Shown here: positions 48,580 through 55,785 of the stretch, piece by piece
Layout of the letters: each line of letters starts with the position of its first letter
How positions within the stretch are numbered: the stretch's first letter is position 1
DNA from: Syntrophaceae bacterium UBA4810
GTDB taxonomy: Bacteria > Desulfobacterota > Syntrophia > Syntrophales > Smithellaceae
DNA: 55,785 bases
Reading direction: 5' to 3'
Assembly: GCA_002402545.1 (NCBI GenBank)
Contig: DHGA01000011.1
Span: 1-55,785 of the forward strand
Notes under the pieces: generated by a model
What the model saw: only the letters and a program-made list of their open reading frames with translations
What the model was told of the DNA's origin: nothing
Database searches by the model: none
Translations under genes and position numbers: made by a program

Positions 48580-51354
48580 TTATTTACGTTTCTTTTTAGC
48601 AGTTTTCTTTTTTGCAACACTTTTCTTGGGAGACTTCTTTAACGCTGCTTTTTCTTCAACTACTGCCTGCGCGGCGGCCAACCGGGCAATCGGCACGCGG
48701 TAAGGCGAACAGCTTACATAGTCCATACCAACGCGGTGACAGAACATGACGCTGGAGGGCTCTCCTCCATGTTCGCCGCAGATACCGACCTTCAAACCAT
48801 GCCTTGTTTTTCGCCCTCTTTCAATCCCCATGGCAATCAGCTGGCCTACGCCATTCTGATCAAGCACCTGGAAGGGATCAACCGGAATAATTTTTCGACC
48901 AACATATTCGGGCACAAAAGCGCCGACATCGTCACGGCTGAAGCCGTAAGTCATCTGCGTAAGGTCGTTTGTACCATAGCTGAAAAATTCCGCTTCTTCG
49001 GCAATACGGTCAGCCAGAAGCGCTGCGCGGGGAATCTCGATCATTGTCCCCACCATGTGAGGTATTTTCTTAAGGCCGTATTTGGCGCAAACTTCAGGGT
49101 ATATATTTTTGACCAGTTTCGCCTGATGGCTGATTTCGGCTTTATCGCAGACAACCGGAATCATGATTTCCGGCAGAGCTTTTTTGCCTTCCTTAATTAA
49201 TTCCGCGGCCGCTTCCAGAATGGCGCGGATCTGCATTTCACTGACTTCAGGATAAGTAATGCCCAGGCGCACGCCGCGATGTCCCATCATCGGGTTTGTT
49301 TCATGTAAATTTTCCGCCCGGCTGTTGAGCTTGTCGATTGATATATTCAGGCTCTGGGCGAGACGCTGGCGTTCCTGCGGATTTTCGGGAACAAATTCAT
49401 GCAACGGCGGATCCAGAAAACGAATTGTCACGGGCCTACCGGCCATGACTTCCATTGTCTTTTTGATATCGCTTTTCACAAACGGAAACAAATCATTCAG
49501 CGCGGCGCGGCGCTGTTCCACATTGTCGGATAAAATCATTTTGCGCAGATGAAAGAGCGGCTTCTCGCTGTTTTCGCCGTAAAACATATGCTCGGTACGG
49601 AACAGGCCGATGCCTTCAGCTCCAAATTGTATGGCCTTGGCGGCATCTTTGGGTGTTTCGGCGTTGGTACGTATTTTAAGGCGCCTGAGCGAATCGCAAA
49701 TTTTCATAAACGCCATAAAATCTTTGTCATCCTCCGCTCCGCTAATCATGGCCAGCGCTCCCTTATAAACGCGTCCCGCCGTTCCGTTAAGAGTAATGAT
49801 ATCTCCTTCACGCAAAACTTTGCCGTCAACATTCATTGTTTTCTGCTTAATATCCACGTGTAAAGAGCCGGCACCGACAATACAGCATTTACCCCAGCCG
49901 CGCGCCACTAATGCCGCGTGTGAAGTCATACCGCCGCGCGCGGTAAGAATGCCCTGAGCTACGCGCATGCCTTCCACATCTTCGGGATTAGTTTCTTCGC
50001 GCACTAAAATAACTTTTTTACCTTTTTCCACCCAGCTTACCGCATCTTCCGCGGTAAAAACTATTTGGCCTACCGCGCCGCCGGGACCGGCCGGCAGTCC
50101 CTTGGTCAGAAACTCCGCGCTTGCTTCGGCTTTGGGATCAACCATGGGATGAAGAAGTTCATCGAGCTGATCCGGCGTCACGCGTGTTACCGCTTCGGCC
50201 GCGCTGATCATTTTACTTTTATACATTTCCACCGCCATGCGCACCGCCGCTGGGCCGTTGCGCTTGCCGTTGCGAGTTTGCAGCATCCAGACATGTCCGT
50301 CCTGAATGGTAAACTCCAGGTCCTGCATGTCCCTGAAATGCTTTTCCAGCCTGTTTCGAATTCTTTCGAGTTCAATATAAGCTTTGGGCATAGCTCTTTC
50401 CAAAGAGGGGTGTCCTTCGGTGTCGTCAATCTGTCGCGTTTTTTCATTTATCGGATTAGGCGTACGCAAACCAGCCACCACATCCTCCCCCTGGGCGTTA
50501 GGCAGCCATTCGCCGTAGAATTTATTTTCGCCGGTAGCCGGATTGCGGGTGAAGGCCACACCTGTGGCGGAATTTTCGCCCATGTTGCCGAAGACCATGG
50601 CCTGAACATTAACTGCCGTACCCCATTCATCGGGAATTCCTTCAATGCGCCTATAAGAAATAGCGCGTTTGCCGTTCCAGCTTTTAAAGACCGCGCCGAT
50701 CGCACCCCAGAGCTGCTCATCTGCATTGTCCGGGAATGGTTTGCTTAAAACCTGTTTGACTTTTGCTTTATAAATTTCCGCAAGTTCGGCCAGGTCATCA
50801 GCGGTGAGTTCTACATCCTGCTTAACATTGCGGCGCTTTTTCATATCCGCCAGTTCTCGTTCCAGTTGCTGACGCACGCCCATACCCTCGGTAGGTTCAA
50901 TTCCTTCTGCCTTTTCCATAACAACGTCCGAATACATCTGAATCAGACGACGGTAGGAATCCCAGACAAAGCGCGGATTTTTAGTCTTCTCAATCATACC
51001 GGCAATTGTTTTGGAGGTAAGCCCGATATTGAGCACCGTCTCCATCATGCCGGGCATGCTGCTGCGTGCACCGGAGCGCGCCGAACAAAGAAGCGGGTTT
51101 TTCGGATCGCCAAATTTCATGCCGGTTTCACGCTCCATTTTTTGCAGCGCCTTGTAAACCTGTTCCTTCAATCCCTGCGGATAGCGGCCCTTATTTATAT
51201 AAAAAATATTGCAGACTTCGGTAGTAATGGTGAAACCGGGCGGAATGGGAATTTTAAGATGAGCCATCTCCGCCAGCCCTACTCCCTTGCCGCCTAATAA
51301 ATTTTTGTTTTTCCCGTAACCTTCGGAAAAAGTATATACGTATTTAGTGCCCAT
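48580..51354 (-). CDS. ppdK: Pyruvate, phosphate dikinase
   Basis: LLGGKG, SMPGMM, GGMTSHAA (phospho-His), GIGLFRTEHMF, GTNDLTQ and CGEHGG. Confidence 0.98.
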   Translation of the reverse strand: MGTKYVYTFSEGYGKNKNLLGGKGVGLAEMAHLKIPIPPGFTITTEVCNIFYINKGRYPQGLKEQVYKALQKMERETGMKFGDPKNPLLCSARSGARSSMPGMMETVLNIGLTSKTIAGMIEKTKNPRFVWDSYRRLIQMYSDVVMEKAEGIEPTEGMGVRQQLERELADMKKRRNVKQDVELTADDLAELAEIYKAKVKQVLSKPFPDNADEQLWGAIGAVFKSWNGKRAISYRRIEGIPDEWGTAVNVQAMVFGNMGENSATGVAFTRNPATGENKFYGEWLPNAQGEDVVAGLRTPNPINEKTRQIDDTEGHPSLERAMPKAYIELERIRNRLEKHFRDMQDLEFTIQDGHVWMLQTRNGKRNGPAAVRMAVEMYKSKMISAAEAVTRVTPDQLDELLHPMVDPKAEASAEFLTKGLPAGPGGAVGQIVFTAEDAVSWVEKGKKVILVREETNPEDVEGMRVAQGILTARGGMTSHAALVARGWGKCCIVGAGSLHVDIKQKTMNVDGKVLREGDIITLNGTAGRVYKGALAMISGAEDDKDFMAFMKICDSLRRLKIRTNAETPKDAAKAIQFGAEGIGLFRTEHMFYGENSEKPLFHLRKMILSDNVEQRRAALNDLFPFVKSDIKKTMEVMAGRPVTIRFLDPPLHEFVPENPQERQRLAQSLNISIDKLNSRAENLHETNPMMGHRGVRLGITYPEVSEMQIRAILEAAAELIKEGKKALPEIMIPVVCDKAEISHQAKLVKNIYPEVCAKYGLKKIPHMVGTMIEIPRAALLADRIAEEAEFFSYGTNDLTQMTYGFSRDDVGAFVPEYVGRKIIPVDPFQVLDQNGVGQLIAMGIERGRKTRHGLKVGICGEHGGEPSSVMFCHRVGMDYVSCSPYRVPIARLAAAQAVVEEKAALKKSPKKSVAKKKTAKKKRK

Positions 51355-51537
51355 ATTTTTCTTTTAACCTCCTGTCTTTCCCTGTCTGAATTCATGGATT
51401 ATTGGGAAAGTGATAAAGCCACAAATTTATATTTATTGTCAAGTTAAAACGCATCCGGAAGAAAACACGAGGGGGGAAAAGTGCGCAGACCAGATAATTT
51501 AAACAGAGGCGTGCAAAAGTGCGATAAAAAACTTTAA

Positions 51538-51580
51538 GCAAGGCGGGCTGATTAAGGAAGGGCTAATCAGCCCGCCTTGC
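51538..51580 (-). terminator. 17-bp hairpin after the acyl-CoA dehydrogenase
   Basis: GCAAGGCGGGCTGATTA-N9-TAATCAGCCCGCCTTGC. Confidence 0.75.
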
Positions 51581-51605
51581 AATATTGGTTATTTACCCAA
51601 AAGAT

Positions 51606-53480
51606 TTACTCTTTCAGCGCTCCGGTAAAGTTTTCCGAAACGGATTTAATCGCCGCGCCTTCATTGTTCATAATGGCGTCCATCATTCCGAAATACTTTG
51701 GAAATTCTGACCCGATAAAGAACTGGGAAGAGAGCACTCTGCCGCTGTAATAGGCCGCCTCGTTGTTATTCGCGATGATTTTCTGTCTTTCTTCGCCCTT
51801 CGCGTCACCGACAAGTTCCTTCATTTTGGGAACAGTAATCGCCAGACTCCACAGATGCAGCCAGGCCACTATCAGCGGGAACATCGCCTGCTGCAGCGGT
51901 GTGGCATTGAGCACCAACGCCATGAACTTGCCTTCGCCCATCTGTTTTTTCATCATCTCAATGACTTCTTCGAGTTTCGCCAGGCCACGGACAACCGGGT
52001 TGATGTATTTATCTTCCACTATACCCTTGGCTTTATCAATCGCGTCGTTCATCCACTTTCTTAGCTGTGAGTAATTATACATTTCCGGATTCATCAGTAT
52101 TTTACGCATCTGCAGGTCAAGCGACTGAATGGCGTTGGTTCCTTCATAAATTGAGAAGACCTTGGTATCACGGGCATACTGTTCCACCGGATATTCCTGA
52201 CAATAGCCGTAGCCGCCGTAAACCTGCATGGCTTCGGCCGTAACCAGCCAGGAGGCATCGGAAATACCGGCTTTGACGATGGGTGTAAGAATCTCCACAA
52301 TGCCCGTTGATGCTTTGCGTTCTTCTGGATCGGTCGACACGTGCATGACATCTTCATGGTAAGCCAAGAACAGGCAAAGCATGCGCATTCCTTCAACGGT
52401 GCTCTTCATATACATCAGCATTCTCTTTACATCAGGATGCTCGATAATAGCCACGCCAGGGGCCTTGTCGTTGAGCATTTGTGTAATGTGCTTGCTCTGA
52501 ACACGGTTGCGCGCGTAAGTTACGGCGTGCATATAGCCGGCGCTGGACTGCCCCAGAGCCTGAACACCCGTATGAATGCGGGCCGCGTTCATGAGCTTGA
52601 ACATAACCTTCATGCCCTCGCGTTCCTTGCCCAGCAGGTGGCCGACGCATTTGCCGTTATCACCGAAGCTGAGTGACGATGTGGCGTTGCCTTTGAGGCC
52701 CATTTTGTGTTCAACGCCCGTGCAATAAACATCGTTTCTCGCTCCGAGAGAACCGTCTTTATTAATGAGATATTTCGATACCAGGAAAATGGATATTCCT
52801 TTTGTTCCCTCGGGATCGCCTTCAATTCTGGCCAGCACCGGATGAATGATGTTGGGATTTAAATCGTGCTCGCCGTTGCTGATGAAAATCTTTTGCCCGG
52901 TAATCAGGTACGTGCCGTCTTTTTGTTTTACAGCCTTGGATTTCAGCGCGCCCACGTCCGAGCCCGCACCCGGTTCGGTAAGGCACATCGTGCCGCCCCA
53001 CTCACCGGAAAGCAACTTGGGAAGATACATCTGTTTGACTTCTTCGGAAGCGAAAGGCTCGATAATCGCCGCGGCGCCGGTAATCGCACCACAATACATC
53101 GTCAGCGATGTGTTGCCCGCGTTGAAATATTCCGCGGCAGCCATAGAGACGCTCTGGGGCATACCCATACCACCAATTTCCTGCGAGAAAGACAGGACGT
53201 GGAATCCGGCTTCAACATAAGCGTTGAATCCTTTGTGGAATGATTCGGGAACCTTTACTTCATGTGTTTTGGGATCAAATTTTAATCCGGTTTTGTCACC
53301 ATCGGCATTGGATGAATAAAACTGGTCAATGGCTATTTTTTCCGCCAGCTCCAACGTGTCCTCATACATGCTCCGGTCAAATTCTTTGAACTGGTCAAAC
53401 CGGTTCATTTTCTCCAACTCAAGCATTTCAAAAAGGACAAATCTCACGTCACGTGAGTCAACTAATGGGTTTAACGACAT
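51606..53480 (-). CDS. Acyl-CoA dehydrogenase (long FadE5-like type)
   Basis: GTMCLTEPGAGSDVG, GQKIFIS, EHKMG, GGYGY and YEGTNAIQ. Confidence 0.94.
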   Translation of the reverse strand: MSLNPLVDSRDVRFVLFEMLELEKMNRFDQFKEFDRSMYEDTLELAEKIAIDQFYSSNADGDKTGLKFDPKTHEVKVPESFHKGFNAYVEAGFHVLSFSQEIGGMGMPQSVSMAAAEYFNAGNTSLTMYCGAITGAAAIIEPFASEEVKQMYLPKLLSGEWGGTMCLTEPGAGSDVGALKSKAVKQKDGTYLITGQKIFISNGEHDLNPNIIHPVLARIEGDPEGTKGISIFLVSKYLINKDGSLGARNDVYCTGVEHKMGLKGNATSSLSFGDNGKCVGHLLGKEREGMKVMFKLMNAARIHTGVQALGQSSAGYMHAVTYARNRVQSKHITQMLNDKAPGVAIIEHPDVKRMLMYMKSTVEGMRMLCLFLAYHEDVMHVSTDPEERKASTGIVEILTPIVKAGISDASWLVTAEAMQVYGGYGYCQEYPVEQYARDTKVFSIYEGTNAIQSLDLQMRKILMNPEMYNYSQLRKWMNDAIDKAKGIVEDKYINPVVRGLAKLEEVIEMMKKQMGEGKFMALVLNATPLQQAMFPLIVAWLHLWSLAITVPKMKELVGDAKGEERQKIIANNNEAAYYSGRVLSSQFFIGSEFPKYFGMMDAIMNNEGAAIKSVSENFTGALKE

Positions 53481-53573
53481 AAAAAACCTCCTTCAAATTT
53501 CCTTTATTAAGAACTGTGTCGGGCGGGAATACCTTACACAATTTTCTCGCAAGATCATTTAAAACTGACCGGC

Positions 53574-53602
53574 AGTATAGTTATATAAAATGGCCGTGTC
53601 AA
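53574..53602 (-). promoter_or_regulatory. Sigma70-type promoter of the acyl-CoA dehydrogenase
   Basis: TTGACA-N17-TATACT on the minus strand. Confidence 0.7.
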
Positions 53603-53715
53603 GATAATTGCGTAAAAATGTTTGCCCGGCAAATAAGGCCGCTTGTTGCTTGTCGAGCTCTCCATAAAATGATAGAGTAAAACCTCGATATCATAAATAA
53701 ATTTGAGGTTTTTAA

Positions 53716-54933
53716 ATGATAGATGAGAAGCTTTATCTGGTCCTGATGGGCCTTCCGGCCCGGGGAAAATCAACACTGGCCATACGCCTGCAGGAATCTT
53801 TAAGAAAAAGCCGAATTCCCACAAAAATATTCAATAACGGCAATCTCCGCCGCAAAAACCTGCCAGCCAATGATACATTTTCCGCTGATTTTTATCACCC
53901 CGAAAACAAGGCCGCGAGGCTTCTGAGAAATAAATTTGCTCTTGCCAATATAAAAATGGCCAGAAGCTATCTTGCGGGCTCCGGCCAGGTGGCTATTCTG
54001 GACGCGGCTAATGTCACCCGGACACGCAGAAAAATGATTGAAGAAAATCTCAGCAATCACCCCGTTCTTTTTATTGAATGTCTTAACGATGACGAAGAGA
54101 TTCTTTCTTTGATGATTGAAGCCAAAACAAAACTGCCGGAATTTTCTCGCCTGGCGCGCAAAAAAGCGCAGGAAGAATTTTTAAAACGTATAAAAAACTA
54201 TCAAATGGTTTACACGCCTCTGAAAGATGAAAGAAATTATTTCCGCCTGGATTCGCTGCAAAACAGATTATTCGAAGAAAAATTGACGGATAAAATCCCC
54301 CTGCATTTGCTGATTAAAGATATTTTGGTAACGGACGTGGTGAAAAATCTTTTTCTTATCCGGCACGCGCAAACCAGATTCAATGTTATCGACCGCATCG
54401 GCGGGGATTCCACGCTCACCGCCAAAGGCATCATGCAGGCCAAAGCGCTGGGGCGTTTTTTCCAGAACCTTGAAATTTCCTATATCTTCACCAGCAACAA
54501 GAAACGCACCATACAAACCGCGCGGGCGATTGCGGAGCGGCAAAAATATTGCAAAGTCATTTCACTCAAAGAATTCGATGAAATTAACGGCGGAATCTGT
54601 GAAGGACTGACCTATAAGGATATCGAAAAAAATATGCCGGAGGTCTTCAGCGCAAGGGCGGCAAACAAATATCACTACGCCTACCCGCAGGGGGAAAGCT
54701 ATGCGATGATGAAACCGCGTATTGGAGCAGGCCTGAAAAAAGCTTTTTTCCTAAACCGCCACGCGGAGAATATCATGATTGTCGGCCATCAGGCGGTCAA
54801 CAGGATGATTCTGTCGCACTTTCTCTTCCGCCGTGACGACGACGTCCCCTACATCTACATCCCGCAGGATCAGTTCTACCACATCGTCTCGACACAGAAT
54901 AAAAAACTGTTTGAATTAAAACCGTACGCGTAA
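53716..54933 (+). CDS. Bifunctional 6-phosphofructo-2-kinase/fructose-2,6-bisphosphatase-like protein
   Basis: Kinase half: MGLPARGKS, FNNGNLRR, DAANVTRTRR. Phosphatase half: RHAQT..N...RIGGDS.L, DEINGGICEGLTY, KYHYAYPQGESY, HQAVNR. Confidence 0.9.
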   Translation: MIDEKLYLVLMGLPARGKSTLAIRLQESLRKSRIPTKIFNNGNLRRKNLPANDTFSADFYHPENKAARLLRNKFALANIKMARSYLAGSGQVAILDAANVTRTRRKMIEENLSNHPVLFIECLNDDEEILSLMIEAKTKLPEFSRLARKKAQEEFLKRIKNYQMVYTPLKDERNYFRLDSLQNRLFEEKLTDKIPLHLLIKDILVTDVVKNLFLIRHAQTRFNVIDRIGGDSTLTAKGIMQAKALGRFFQNLEISYIFTSNKKRTIQTARAIAERQKYCKVISLKEFDEINGGICEGLTYKDIEKNMPEVFSARAANKYHYAYPQGESYAMMKPRIGAGLKKAFFLNRHAENIMIVGHQAVNRMILSHFLFRRDDDVPYIYIPQDQFYHIVSTQNKKLFELKPYA

Positions 54934-55025
54934 ACGCGTTTAGTTCGTTGAATAATAATCATGGTCATAGTAATCTTTATAAAATTAATTGTTAATCGAA
55001 TGCAAAATTACGAGCATAAAAGTTA

Positions 55026-55757
55026 ATGATATATCTTTTTGTAACGATTTTTCTTGCCCCATTATTAATTGCGCAAGGCCTCTATGTCAGGTTCATAACG
55101 CCGAGGTTGCCCGAGCCGCAAGGTAATCGCTGTGGTAGTGACGGATCTGGACCAATCTTGCGTTTGCTGATTATCGGAGATTCTGCGGCAGCTGGTGTTG
55201 GTGTATCGACACAGGGTCAGGCTTTATCAGGTCAATTAGTGACTGCGTTGAAGTCGGATTTTTTAGTTTATTGGAAATTATTGGCACAAACAAGCAATAC
55301 CGCGAAAGATGTTTTAGCAAATATTGGGATGGCTTCACCGGAGCCGTTTGATGTTGTTGTCACGTCCGTGGGAGTTAATGATGTCACACACGGCACAACA
55401 TTAAATAAATGGATTTATCAAAAAATCAATATTATTGAGTTGCTCCAATCTAAGTTCTGTGCGCAGCAAATACTTTTATCAAGCCTTCCCCCCATGCATC
55501 AATTTCCTGCCCTACCTCAACCCCTGAGGTGGTATCTTGGTCTAAGGGCAGAACGATTCAATATGAAGCTAAAAAAGATTACGGGTGAATATGGCAGATG
55601 CGAGTTTGTCTCAATAAACCTACCCTTGCAATCAAAGTATATGGCAAAAGATGGTTTTCACCCCGGAGCACTTGCATATTCTTTATGGGCCAACCATATT
55701 GCAGGTATCATTCGTAATCGTCTAGAAGTGAATATATTAATGAAAGGAAAAAGTTGA
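55026..55757 (+). CDS. SGNH/GDSL hydrolase
   Basis: GDSAAAGVG, GVND and DGFHP blocks. Confidence 0.92.
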   Translation: MIYLFVTIFLAPLLIAQGLYVRFITPRLPEPQGNRCGSDGSGPILRLLIIGDSAAAGVGVSTQGQALSGQLVTALKSDFLVYWKLLAQTSNTAKDVLANIGMASPEPFDVVVTSVGVNDVTHGTTLNKWIYQKINIIELLQSKFCAQQILLSSLPPMHQFPALPQPLRWYLGLRAERFNMKLKKITGEYGRCEFVSINLPLQSKYMAKDGFHPGALAYSLWANHIAGIIRNRLEVNILMKGKS

Positions 55758-55785
55758 TATTTGCTTCCTGAAATGTTGTTTTAGG

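Noticed and set aside
55026..55757. SGNH gene as a recent horizontal acquisition (AT-richer codons)
   Set aside because: Impression only. No mobile-element ends are visible and composition was not computed.
1..55785. CRISPR arrays, tRNA/rRNA genes, IS elements, selenocysteine read-through
   Set aside because: No spaced direct repeats, tRNA arm motifs, transposase ORFs or in-frame TGA within a conserved domain were seen by eye.

Overview
A gene-dense chromosomal window from an anaerobic deltaproteobacterium. The gene set resembles Smithella/Syntrophaceae fatty-acid-degrading syntrophs, but this taxonomy is inferred. Left to right it holds: trpE (partial) with a Trp attenuator, an SPFH protein, a CdaA-YbbR diadenylate cyclase fusion, a ferritin-like protein, an NtrC-type two-component pair, rarA, trpB2 with a second Trp attenuator, a DUF523-DUF1722 protein and a gpsA-like gene. 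Next come a MORN-repeat protein, a USP, the gmhA-grpE-dnaK-PLD-lpoA-surE run divergent from three Hsp20 genes, fdhE-like, two transport genes and lipid/acyl-CoA genes. Then a decaying MalT-BTAD regulator module, a GMC-AOR-CoA ligase-SCP2 operon, pckG-ppdK, an acyl-CoA dehydrogenase, a eukaryote-type PFK-2/FBPase-2 and an SGNH hydrolase. No rRNA, tRNA, CRISPR array or IS element was recognised. The main unannotated signals are: (1) a candidate sigma54-dependent sRNA (~8180-8305) with enhancer palindromes, an IHF-like site, an anti-SD seed and its own terminator, divergent from the NtrC/kinase pair; (2) two six-segment relay Trp attenuators, one with tandem terminators; (3) a full PFK-2/FBPase-2 near the gluconeogenic genes; (4) a possible anaerobic alcohol-to-acyl-CoA lipid operon; (5) a MalT-BTAD regulator with an 11-bp-period direct repeat upstream of a small protein and an outer-membrane barrel.
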